32,000 bases of DNA, taken from the NCBI RefSeq assembly GCF_000091665.1, contig NC_000909.1:1374118-1406117 (forward strand), given 5' to 3'. Of the stretch, positions 11,001 to 19,082 are shown piece by piece (positions within the stretch are counted from its first letter, which is position 1; every line of letters begins with the position of its first letter). The translations under genes and the position numbers were made by a program. Origin of the DNA: Methanocaldococcus jannaschii DSM 2661. GTDB lineage: Archaea; AGJL01; Methanococci; Methanococcales; Methanocaldococcaceae. The notes below the pieces were generated by a model that was not told where the DNA came from, ran no database searches, and saw only the letters and a program-made list of their open reading frames with translations.

Positions 11001-11303
11001 ACTATCTCCCTAATTGATGAAAATATGGATACTGTAGCAATAGTTCCTCCAAGGGATTCTGCAGTATTTAACTCAATATTATCAAATATAGAAGAGGTTA
11101 AAGCAAGAGGGGGAAAAGTTATAGCCATAACTCCAACTGAAATAGATGGAGCTGAAAATATATTAGTTCCAGAGGTAATTGAAGAGATTTCTCCAATTGT
11201 TTATGCTCCAGCCTTCCAGTTGTTAGCTTATTATAAGGCAGTTGAATTGGGAAGAGATGTTGATAAACCAAGAGGTTTAGCTAAGAGCGTTACTGTTGAA
11301 TAA
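8004..11303 (+). CDS. glmS: Glutamine--fructose-6-phosphate aminotransferase precursor, intein-containing
   Basis: N-terminal MCGIIGYIG gives the Cys nucleophile after maturation. RWATHG, two SIS domains (GTSLHA, TQSGETYDTL) and C-terminal LAKSVTVE present. The GGTG at 7994 acts as RBS for ATG 8004; the track start 7995 overlaps it. Confidence 0.95.
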   Translation: MCGIIGYIGNDKAPKILLNGLRRLEYRGYDSCGIGVVDNNKLIIKKNVGKVEEVAKKERFLDIDGNIGIGHCLHPDTYVILPDGRMKKISEIDEDEVLSVNFEDLKLYNKKIKKFKHKAPKILYKIKTAFSELITTGEHKLFVVENGKIVEKCVKDLNGSELIGVVRKLNYSFNDNVEFKDVYVERHYKLDETIRNKLRKVREKLGLTRKDVEKLCGVKEIYIVKIETGKLESIEEERLKKLCSLYGINFEEIIYRDNLHYTNPVKFPKTPTPELMQIIGYIIGDGHFPSNRMLRLKDERKEVLEEYNQLFKTVFNLEGNIKKGDGNYYILEINSKYLIDWFRENIPELFNKTGNERTPEFVFRLNNDLVASYLRGIFDAEGYIRAEAKQIGIGMTSKCFIKEIQFLLLRFGILASYSKIKRKEENWNNTHKLLISDKKSFELFKKYIGFTAKDKMEKLEAILNKMKGLNFRYISIPLTKKEIREFVGVPLKTIKNGDNYCTDYTIEKIIEELNSKGLYDKAEYLKRFLDADIVWTKFKIEEVESDVEYVYDLEVEDYHNFIGNLIINHNSRWATHGNVCKENAHPHTDCKEEIAVVHNGIISNYKELKDELMKKGHKFKSETDTEVVPHLIEEELKKFKEINEENYIKAVKNAIKKLKGTYALVIINKNFPNLLIGARNESPLILGINDDGYFLGSDITAFLDYTNKAIPLEDGDVVVIKKKENGYEVTIENNGNTVEREMMEINWDISSAEKMGYPHFMLKEIMEQPEVLKVSAKISAEEIKELAKCIKDYDRVYFVAMGTSLHAAMVVEYLFAKLGKLVIACDASEFLNKGVVDDKTLVIGITQSGETYDTLKALRFAKKNKAKTGAIVNVLGSTATREADITVMMGAGIEIAVCATKTYTSQLMILYRLFIEYGKLLGRDMSEYEKEIDKIPNYIKEVLDKKETIKEIANNLKVNNYIFISKGINIASALEGALKFKEITYLHAEGMSGGLLKHGTISLIDENMDTVAIVPPRDSAVFNSILSNIEEVKARGGKVIAITPTEIDGAENILVPEVIEEISPIVYAPAFQLLAYYKAVELGRDVDKPRGLAKSVTVE
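8217..9713 (+). mobile_element. Intein in GlmS (499 codons) with LAGLIDADG homing endonuclease domain
   Basis: Splice junctions read directly: ...GNIGIGH | CLHPDTYVILPDG ... DLEVEDYHNFIGNLIINHN | SRWATHG. Ends are Cys1, HN, and +1 Ser. LAGLIDADG-type motifs: IIGYIIGDGHF and YLRGIFDAEGY. Confidence 0.95.
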
Positions 11304-11451
11304 GTTTTTAGAATTTTATTGAATGAATTTTTATAACCCTTTCTTATTCTTAGTACTTAAGCTCCAAAGTTAATATATAAACTGTGAAATCCTTATGAGG
11401 TTGTTAAGTTAGCGATTTCATCCAGTTATAGAACATTATGAAGCTTTTTAC

Positions 11452-11696
11452 TCAACTAACAACCGTATCGAATTTACCATTACTTGGAAATCTATTTAAA
11501 ACCTCTTTAATCTTGTGATAATAAATTCTAATCGATTCGTGACTTATGTCTTCGAATTGGGAGAGGAATAAACTTACCTTCCTTAACGATAATCCGAGGT
11601 AGTATAAAAGCCCTGCTAAGATTTTAACCTCTATCGATTCCTATTCCTTTTAAAAAGCTTCCTCTCTACGATTTTCTCCTTTATAACTTCTATCAT
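11452..11696 (-). pseudogene. Degenerate transposase N-terminal fragment (frame-disrupted)
   Basis: Minus-strand 11696-11631 reads [21 protein letters not shown]. The adjacent frame 11634-11452 reads [60 protein letters not shown], similar to the N-terminal DNA-binding region of IS6-type archaeal transposases as I recall them. Confidence 0.5.
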
Positions 11697-11711
11697 GAGC
11701 CTCATATTTTA

Positions 11712-11870
11712 TTATTTTTTTATCAACAATATCTCCTTTCCAAATCCTAAAGATAGAGAAAATCCAAAAATAATCAATACAAATGAAAATAACTCAAAAA
11801 TCCATGAAATAATTTCTAAAATCAAAAATGGAAATTTTTTCAGGAATCTCATATGAGATTTTTCTTTCAT
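11712..11870 (-). CDS. Possible 52-aa small membrane protein
   Basis: Minus-strand read: MKEKSHMRFLKKFPFLILEIISWIFELFSFVLIIFGFSLSLGFGKEILLIKK*. One hydrophobic stretch, 13 nt after the cfbB stop on the same strand. RBS weak or distant. Confidence 0.3.
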   Translation of the reverse strand: MKEKSHMRFLKKFPFLILEIISWIFELFSFVLIIFGFSLSLGFGKEILLIKK

Positions 11871-11883
11871 TCTTATCTTCTAT

Positions 11884-13209
11884 TTACTCACCAAAATTAA
11901 CCATAGATGAAGCAAAATAAGGATTAGCTACAGCATGATTGTGTAAATAACCAGCCAAAACTTTACCATTAAAAATCCCATCTAAGTTATTGATAATTCC
12001 TCTCCCCCTTTCTATTTTATAGGCAAATCTCTCCTCTTTTATATTGACAAGCTTTGAGTAATGGAACTCATGCCCTTTAAACTTTAATCCCTTTCTTCCA
12101 ATTAAACAATCCTCTAAAAACTCAGCTTTAACATAGCTAAGTCCTTGAACGTGCTTTGTCATAACAGCTGAGCAGTTTAATAAACCAACCATTGGAACAT
12201 TATCAATCGATTTTGTTATATACATCAAGCCCCCACATTCTCCATAGATATAGCCGTCAAACTCTTTAATGCTTTCAATCATCTCTTTATTTCTGCTTAA
12301 TTCTTCTTTAAACAGCTCTGGATAACCTCCTCCTATATACAAAATATCTGCATCTGGAACTTCACTATCTTTTAATGGGCTGAAAAATTCTATCTTAGCT
12401 TTATTTTCTTTTAAAGCTTCAAAGTTATCCCAATAATAAAAATTAAATGCCTTATCATAGGCAACAGCTATTTTTTTGTAATTTTCATTAACCTCCCATA
12501 AAAACACATCATCAACCTCTTCAAAATCCTCATCAGCTATCTCCACAATCTTATCTAAATCCAAATATTTTTCAACCAACTCCCCCCATAACACTATCTT
12601 ACTCTCTATCTCCTTTAAGTTTTCTGGAGTAGGGACTAAACCAAGATGCCTTCCTTCAACTTTAAAATCTTCATTCCTTGGGATAAAGCCAATTATTTCA
12701 ATATCTGGAAGATAATAACTCATTGCATCTTTTAATTTTTTTATGTGGTTTTCACTTCTAACAAAATTGAAAATAACTCCTTTAATTTTCACATTATCAA
12801 AACTCATAAAACCTTTTATTATTGCTATTGCACTTCTTGTTAAGCTCTTTGCATTCACAAGCAGGATTATAGGGCTATCTAAAGCCTTGGCAACGCTTGC
12901 TGTGCTTCCAATATCATCTATTGCAGATATTCCCTCATAAAGCCCTCTAACTCCCTCAATAACACTTATATCCTTATCTTTTGAATGTTTTTGAAAAAGA
13001 TATTTTATTTGTTCTTTATTCATAAAAAAAGAATCTAAATTCCTTGATTTATTTCCAGTGGCTATCGTGTGATATGTTGGGTCTATATAGTCAGGCCCAA
13101 CTTTATAGCCTTGAACGTTATATTTTTTTGATAATGCCTTCATAATTCCAGTAGAGATAACTGTCTTTCCAACTTCACTTGATGTTCCGGCAATCACAAC
13201 TCTTTTCAT
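11884..13209 (-). CDS. cfbB: Cobyrinate / Ni-sirohydrochlorin a,c-diamide synthase
   Basis: N-terminal [23 protein letters not shown]; [14 protein letters not shown]; [12 protein letters not shown]; YGECGGLMY glutaminase nucleophile; FKGHEFHYS; AGYLHNH. Proximity to the NifD-like cfbD supports a coenzyme F430 role. Confidence 0.9.
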   Translation of the reverse strand: MKRVVIAGTSSEVGKTVISTGIMKALSKKYNVQGYKVGPDYIDPTYHTIATGNKSRNLDSFFMNKEQIKYLFQKHSKDKDISVIEGVRGLYEGISAIDDIGSTASVAKALDSPIILLVNAKSLTRSAIAIIKGFMSFDNVKIKGVIFNFVRSENHIKKLKDAMSYYLPDIEIIGFIPRNEDFKVEGRHLGLVPTPENLKEIESKIVLWGELVEKYLDLDKIVEIADEDFEEVDDVFLWEVNENYKKIAVAYDKAFNFYYWDNFEALKENKAKIEFFSPLKDSEVPDADILYIGGGYPELFKEELSRNKEMIESIKEFDGYIYGECGGLMYITKSIDNVPMVGLLNCSAVMTKHVQGLSYVKAEFLEDCLIGRKGLKFKGHEFHYSKLVNIKEERFAYKIERGRGIINNLDGIFNGKVLAGYLHNHAVANPYFASSMVNFGE

Positions 13210-13327
13210 AATCATCTCCTACTTTTTATGTGTAAAATAACCTTTTCATAATATGATAGGATGTTAAAAAAGGTTTATACGTTGTGAATTATAAACATTG
13301 CCATATACATTTTTTGCAGTGATATTG

Positions 13328-13507
13328 ATGATTGGCTTATCAAATCTTGAAGTTGAAGAAAGATTAAAAATATATGGATACAAGGAACTTAAAGAAAAGA
13401 AAAAATTACTCTTTAAATTTAAAAGAATGGATTATTTGTTTGGTGAGGGCATTTTCAACGTCTATCTTTATGGAAATAATAAAATTATTCATGAAAAAGA
13501 AGGTTAA
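13328..13507 (+). CDS. Small hypothetical protein
   Basis: Track ORF 13298..13507. ATG 13328 (MIGLSNLEVEERLKIYGYKELKEKKKLLFKFKRMDYLFGEGIFN...) is a more plausible start than TTG 13298. It ends next to the convergent rfcS stop. Confidence 0.4.
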   Translation: MIGLSNLEVEERLKIYGYKELKEKKKLLFKFKRMDYLFGEGIFNVYLYGNNKIIHEKEG

Positions 13508-13508
13508 A

Positions 13509-16500
13509 TTATCTTCCCATTAACGCCATTTTTGCTAATAAAGCACTCAATTGAATTCGTTCATTAGCTCCCTCAACTATTCTAAAGTCAGTTTCACCAA
13601 TAGCATCTGCCAACTCAACCTTCTTCCTCTCATCAATATCCAAACTGTTTATCTCTCTAAACATCTGGTTTAATATATCCTCCCCACTCATTCCCCACTC
13701 AACCATAAGCTTATACAATAAATCTCTTGCCTCCATGAACTTTCCATCTAAAGCCAATTCCATCATCTTCTTAACTTCCTCAGGTCTTGCTCTTGATGAG
13801 ACCTTATAAACAATCTCATCATCTATAACATCACTCAAAGCTGCCGCTGTCTGTAAAACATTTATTGCCTTTCTCATATCTCCCTCAGAGACATAAATTA
13901 TTGCCTCTAAACCACTTTCAGTTAAATTCAAACCTTCTTTCTCAGCAATCTCTTTTAATTTTTTGGCAATATCCTCTTTCTTTAATGGAGAAAACCTAAA
14001 GACAGCACATCTTGATTGAATTGGAGGAATGATCTTGCTTGGATAGTTGCAGTTATGAGACACAAATCCATTTGCTATAAATGAAGGGTCTTTATGGCAG
14101 GTTATATCATAGACATCTCTATAACCAATACACTCTTTCTTAATGATTCTTTCTGAAACATACTTTCCATCAACAACCTTTTCTTTTAAGAACTCTTCAA
14201 AGGTCATAAAGTTTCTTGGTAATCCAATGTCTTTTCCTTTAAGTTGATTTATTATAAAATCAACTGGAACATTATATTTCCTTGCCAATTCTCTTAGAGA
14301 TTTTTCACCATCTGCTTCTTTCAATGCATTTTCAGCAATCTCTTTTAGGATTATATCCTTATATGCCTCCTTGATTCTTAGATACTCTCCAACTAACCTT
14401 GCAAAGTTGTCTTTTTCATAGGCATAGGATATTCTTGATAGATATTTTAGATAGTTTTTATTATTTGCTTTCACTATCAACTCAGTTAAGTTTTTGTTAT
14501 CAATTTTACTGACTTTAATATATGATTCAACTTCAAACTCTTCTAACATCTTTTTAACTTCCTCAAAGAACTCTAATGTCTTATCTTTACTTATGTTTTC
14601 GACTCTTATCCCTAATTTAATTCCATTTATGTTGTATTTTTTGATATACGGTTTAGTTCCATCAGCTCCAAATAAACCTCTCAAAAACTCTCTCTTGACA
14701 AATTTATTTCCGTATTTTATCCATTTTGGAATGTTATATCCGTTTATGGTTTTATTTCCAATTTCAACTCCCCAGAAGTTTAGCAATAAATAAAATGCCT
14801 TGTTATTTATATATATAAATGATGTTTTGCCTTTAATTTCTCTACCATCCAATTTATGTTCAATATCTTTTTCAATTATGTTTGATGCTTTTATGCCTAA
14901 TTTTTCTAAATCTTTCTTAATTCCTTCAAGTTCATTTATTGTAGCAGTTATCAATATTCTTCCTTCTTTTGATTTTGATAAATGCCCGTCTCCAATTATA
15001 AAGCCCAGCAACCTTGCAAAGATTCCTGCTTTTTCATCATCATAAGTTATCTCATCCCATCCAAGTTCCTTAATTTTCCTAACGTATTTTAAAGCAAATC
15101 CATCAATTTTTCCATTTATAAGATTTTTTATAGTTGTTAGTGATATTTTTATTCCAAATTCTTCCTCAATCTTTCTTCTAATCTCTGATTTACTGTATTT
15201 ATCTGAGAGCTCCAAAACTCTACTTAATATTTTCTCCTTATCTCTTGTTATTAATTCCTTATAGCTTTTTGCTTTACCTAATGGTTTATATCCAAGTTTA
15301 ATCTCATAGTTTGTTAAAAATTCGTAGAACTCATTTAAGCCAATTATCCTTCTTTCATCAACTTCAAACCCAACTCCTTCCAATGCTGGATAAACCAATA
15401 CTTCATCATCCTCTTTTAGCTCATAAACTTCCTTCCATCCATCTCTTGTTAAAAACTTGTGGTCTCCTGTTGCCTCTATCTCCCTACCACTTTCTAAAAC
15501 TAATCTATAAACCTTATGATTAACTATCTTTGAGTTAAATTTAACCCCTGCTAAAACTAAATCCTCTCCATTTCTATTTAAAACATGTTTAAGCTTTCTT
15601 TCTTCAAACATTTTTATAAAGTCCTCTATCTTTATCTCTCTCTCATCTGGAAGAGTTATTTTTGCATCTCCAGTTAGACAGCTCAAGATAAATCTACAAA
15701 CATCTGAATATTTCTCCATTGTTCTTCTTAAAGCGTTCTGTGCATCTGCAGTTAATGCATCGCTCTCATCTAAGAATATAATCTTAAATGGAACATCCCC
15801 AATTGGCTTTGTTCTTGCAAAATCTTTTACTTTTGTTCTAATTACATCTATCCCTCTTTCATCAGAATTATGCAATAATATTGGCACATTTCCAGCAAAG
15901 AACATCTCATTGTTTGGAACTGATACATCATAAACAAAGTCGTTGTAGTCAATAATTTCAATCTCTTTAACAACCAACGCATATAACTCTGTTTTAGATA
16001 ACTTTTTCAATAAATCATAAACTTCTTTTTCTTTATCTGATAATTTCTCAACATTGACCATTTCTAAAATTTGCTTAATTTTATCTTTTGAAACTCTCTT
16101 TTTACCTTCATAGAGTTGATGTCTTAATATATATCTCCAGTTTCCATTTATCTTATTCTCTAACTTTTTAATCATTTTGATTATTGGCTCAGCCGGTAGT
16201 AAGTTGCTTTTCTTCCACTTCATTCCTCCTTTCCAAATCAATCTTGCTTCATTTTCAAATATTGAACTTTCAATGCCAGATATTCTTGCAAGCCATACCG
16301 TATCGATTAATAAATTATCTGATTTGGATGATATTCTAACAACTTCTCTCCAATTTCCACTACTATCTCCATCAGCCAATCCTTTTAAGAATTCAACTCT
16401 TAGATTTTCTTTTAATTCAAATATAATATCTGGAATTCTTTTATTTCTTGCTCTTCTTCCATTACCATCATAGAAGTTTTCCTCAACAAATCTCGCAAGT

Positions 16501-19040
16501 TGGGTATTTAATATTCTAATCTGCTTTGCAGATAACCTTTTTCTATCAAATCCAGAGCCAGTGAAGTTTTCATATTTGCTAAATCCTTTTTTATCAACAA
16601 TATCATTTAATTTATTAATTAAATCATGCTCATGGCTACCTAATGTATAAATAACTTGTCCAGATGTTTTCCCCTTAAAGCCTACAGCTCCTTCAGCAAC
16701 ATACAATCCAAGCATCCATGCAGTGTCTTCATCAATGTCAAAGTCATTAATTATCTTAACCCTTGAAGTAATATCCTTTGGTTCAAACTCTTTTAAATCC
16801 AACCTATCTTTTTCACCTTCAATATTGGCTACAAAGCTTAAGAAACAATCCCCAACCTTTATATCACTTGCTTTCTTTGCCACTAAACCATTTTCATCAA
16901 GCATCATAATTGAGTGGTTTCCAGTTAGCTCTATATATCCTCCTTCAAACTTAATTCTCAAAATCTTATCAACTTTATGCCTAATTATTGTAGAAACCTT
17001 TCTCCATCTAACTCTAAAGTTTTCATCTACAGTTAAAACCTCTAAGTTATCAACTTTCTTATACATCTCATTTTCATCGTTAGTTTCAAAGTATATCTTA
17101 TCAAGTTCTTCAAAGGTTGTTCTCTTTACCTTTCCATCTATTTTAACCAATATTGGTGTATCTTTTGAAACAGAGGCATTTAACTCTAAAAAGTTATCTC
17201 TCCAGTTTTCTCCAAATAAATCTCTTGCTAAACATAAAGCGGCGGTTGTATTGTGCAGTATAGTTGGTAAATTCCCACCAATAAAGTTGTGGTATCTTGG
17301 AACGTGTAAGTCATAGATTGTGAATTCACCATTTAATTGCTCAATTTCAACAATTTCGTCCCAATAAATTTCGTTAGATGCTAAGAATAATACATAGCCA
17401 ATGCTATCTATCAATTTTTCATCGTTAAGAATCTCTTTTACAAGTTTAAGTTCAGTTTTTCTAATTTCTTCAAGTTTTTCAATTTCTTGGGTATTGCTCT
17501 CTAAGTAAATTTTTATACTTGAATTCCACATATTGAGCATTTTTCCAATCTCTGCATAGCTTGAATACTTTTTAGCAAAGATTCTCATTGCATCAATGAT
17601 TTTTTCAATATTTTTACCAAGGGTATTGGCAATTTTTATATAGTTCTTTAAACTTGGTTTTCTTTTACCTCTTATATATTCTAAAATCCTATCACTTCTT
17701 ATTCCAGTTTTTTCTGCAATTTCTTTTCTTCTTTCTGCAACTTCATCCCAATCGATTAATATATTTTCTTCTAATGCTTTTTCAATTTCTTTTAACTCTT
17801 CTAATCTGTAGTATATTTCTTTTAAAAGTTCTTGAGTGATTTTTCTGCACTTGTTGTAACTCCAATTATCTTTTTCAATGTCTCTTGTTAATTTAACCTT
17901 TAATCTATCTCTTATGTATCTTATTTTCTCTTTGTCGATAGTTATAACATCTAAGTTTGGATTTTCATCTTTTATGATTTCTAAGAGCTTTTTAAGTTTT
18001 CTTTCTTGACTAAATCCAATGTTGTCCAAGAATGTCCTTAAGTTTGAAGAGTTTGAGATAACAATATGGTAATATACTTTGTTATTGTTTTTATTTACTT
18101 TTTCCCTCAATTTTGCAATTATTCCAAACCTTAATAAGGCATAAACTAAATCCTCTGCCATTTCTTTACTTGCAGTTGATAAAACTATTGAGTGTTTTTC
18201 AATACCACCATCACAATCAAAGTATGCTCTTAAAAATGCCCTTAATGCATCACTTCTCATTATTTCTTTTGGAATTCTAACTTTATCTGCTTTCTTTCCT
18301 CTTAAACCAAGCTTGTCAATAAATTCAACAGCTTCTTTTGAATTAACATAAATATCTGGTGTTCTGTCTTTGTGTATTCTCTCTTTTATTTTTGCATCCT
18401 TAAACAACTTTTCAGTAAGTTCTGCAAACCTCTTTCTAAGTTTTTCATCACCGTTTGTGAAGGTTATTTTATTTGATTCTTTGTCTGCATGCCCATCTCC
18501 TATGAAATACCCAAGCCATTCTGCTAATTCCTCATTATAATCACTTTCATTAAATAAAATGTATCTTGGTGTTGCTAATTTATCTCCAACCTTTAAATTC
18601 TCTGCTTTCTCCCATTTTATTTCTCCATTTTTGTGGTTTATTAAAAGTGGATGGTAAGTTGTTACTTTTAGCTCCCTACCCATTTTGGTTTTTATTTTTA
18701 TCAACGTGTTGGTTTTATCCTTATAGACATACTGCACATCAAACTCTCTAATTTTTCCATCTTCATCAATTCCTAAAACTTTTAAGTTGTTGGTTAAAGT
18801 TACTCCAAATTTTCCATTGCTTATCTCTTCAATAACTTCTCCAATTTCTCTAATCTCTCCATTTACAATAACTTTTGTATCTCCTGTTAAGCACTTTCCA
18901 ACTCCTGGAGGTCCGCTAAATAATAAATGCGGCATGCTCTTTTTTTCGACATATTTCTTTAATCTCTTTACTATTTCATCCTGTCCAACAATATCATCCA
19001 ATGTTTTTGGTCTATACTTCTCTACCCATGGTTTTTCCAT
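13509..19040 (-). CDS. rfcS: Replication factor C small subunit (clamp loader) precursor with three inteins
   Basis: Extein pieces: KPWVEKYRPKTLDDIVGQDEIVKRLKKYVE..HLLFSGPPGVGK / TTAALCLARDLFGENWRDNFLELNA / SDERGIDVIRTKVKDFART..IIFLDESDALTADAQNALRRTME..CRFILS / CNYPSKIIPPIQSRCAVFRFSPL. GGTGAT precedes ATG 19040; the track starts at GTG 19052. Confidence 0.96.
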   Translation of the reverse strand: MEKPWVEKYRPKTLDDIVGQDEIVKRLKKYVEKKSMPHLLFSGPPGVGKCLTGDTKVIVNGEIREIGEVIEEISNGKFGVTLTNNLKVLGIDEDGKIREFDVQYVYKDKTNTLIKIKTKMGRELKVTTYHPLLINHKNGEIKWEKAENLKVGDKLATPRYILFNESDYNEELAEWLGYFIGDGHADKESNKITFTNGDEKLRKRFAELTEKLFKDAKIKERIHKDRTPDIYVNSKEAVEFIDKLGLRGKKADKVRIPKEIMRSDALRAFLRAYFDCDGGIEKHSIVLSTASKEMAEDLVYALLRFGIIAKLREKVNKNNNKVYYHIVISNSSNLRTFLDNIGFSQERKLKKLLEIIKDENPNLDVITIDKEKIRYIRDRLKVKLTRDIEKDNWSYNKCRKITQELLKEIYYRLEELKEIEKALEENILIDWDEVAERRKEIAEKTGIRSDRILEYIRGKRKPSLKNYIKIANTLGKNIEKIIDAMRIFAKKYSSYAEIGKMLNMWNSSIKIYLESNTQEIEKLEEIRKTELKLVKEILNDEKLIDSIGYVLFLASNEIYWDEIVEIEQLNGEFTIYDLHVPRYHNFIGGNLPTILHNTTAALCLARDLFGENWRDNFLELNASVSKDTPILVKIDGKVKRTTFEELDKIYFETNDENEMYKKVDNLEVLTVDENFRVRWRKVSTIIRHKVDKILRIKFEGGYIELTGNHSIMMLDENGLVAKKASDIKVGDCFLSFVANIEGEKDRLDLKEFEPKDITSRVKIINDFDIDEDTAWMLGLYVAEGAVGFKGKTSGQVIYTLGSHEHDLINKLNDIVDKKGFSKYENFTGSGFDRKRLSAKQIRILNTQLARFVEENFYDGNGRRARNKRIPDIIFELKENLRVEFLKGLADGDSSGNWREVVRISSKSDNLLIDTVWLARISGIESSIFENEARLIWKGGMKWKKSNLLPAEPIIKMIKKLENKINGNWRYILRHQLYEGKKRVSKDKIKQILEMVNVEKLSDKEKEVYDLLKKLSKTELYALVVKEIEIIDYNDFVYDVSVPNNEMFFAGNVPILLHNSDERGIDVIRTKVKDFARTKPIGDVPFKIIFLDESDALTADAQNALRRTMEKYSDVCRFILSCLTGDAKITLPDEREIKIEDFIKMFEERKLKHVLNRNGEDLVLAGVKFNSKIVNHKVYRLVLESGREIEATGDHKFLTRDGWKEVYELKEDDEVLVYPALEGVGFEVDERRIIGLNEFYEFLTNYEIKLGYKPLGKAKSYKELITRDKEKILSRVLELSDKYSKSEIRRKIEEEFGIKISLTTIKNLINGKIDGFALKYVRKIKELGWDEITYDDEKAGIFARLLGFIIGDGHLSKSKEGRILITATINELEGIKKDLEKLGIKASNIIEKDIEHKLDGREIKGKTSFIYINNKAFYLLLNFWGVEIGNKTINGYNIPKWIKYGNKFVKREFLRGLFGADGTKPYIKKYNINGIKLGIRVENISKDKTLEFFEEVKKMLEEFEVESYIKVSKIDNKNLTELIVKANNKNYLKYLSRISYAYEKDNFARLVGEYLRIKEAYKDIILKEIAENALKEADGEKSLRELARKYNVPVDFIINQLKGKDIGLPRNFMTFEEFLKEKVVDGKYVSERIIKKECIGYRDVYDITCHKDPSFIANGFVSHNCNYPSKIIPPIQSRCAVFRFSPLKKEDIAKKLKEIAEKEGLNLTESGLEAIIYVSEGDMRKAINVLQTAAALSDVIDDEIVYKVSSRARPEEVKKMMELALDGKFMEARDLLYKLMVEWGMSGEDILNQMFREINSLDIDERKKVELADAIGETDFRIVEGANERIQLSALLAKMALMGR
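14052..15680 (-). mobile_element. RFC intein 3 (543 codons)
   Basis: Junctions CRFILS | CLTGDAKITLPDE ... DPSFIANGFVSHN | CNYPSKIIPP. LAGLIDADG-type motifs RLLGFIIGDGHLS and FLRGLFGADGTK. Confidence 0.96.
15867..17174 (-). mobile_element. RFC intein 2 (436 codons)
   Basis: Junctions FLELNA | SVSKDTPILVKIDG ... EMFFAGNVPILLHN | SDERGIDV. LAGLIDADG-like motifs WMLGLYVAEGAV and FLKGLADGDSS. Confidence 0.95.
17250..18893 (-). mobile_element. RFC intein 1 (548 codons), inserted in Walker A P-loop
   Basis: Junctions GPPGVGK | CLTGDTKVIVNG ... LPTILHN | TTAALCLARD. LAGLIDADG-type motifs EWLGYFIGDGHA and FLRAYFDCDGG. Confidence 0.96.
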
Positions 19041-19082
19041 TATTATCACCAAAATTTTTTATGGATTAATAATTTTTAAACT

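Noticed and set aside
12743-12940. Plus-strand ORF inside cfbB
   Set aside because: Shadow ORF antisense to a conserved CDS.
14052-18893. Lon/RFC/HerA cluster as a novel defence island
   Set aside because: RFC and Lon are core housekeeping genes. The only mobile DNA seen is inteins and one transposase relic, and no nuclease, toxin or reverse transcriptase modules are adjacent.
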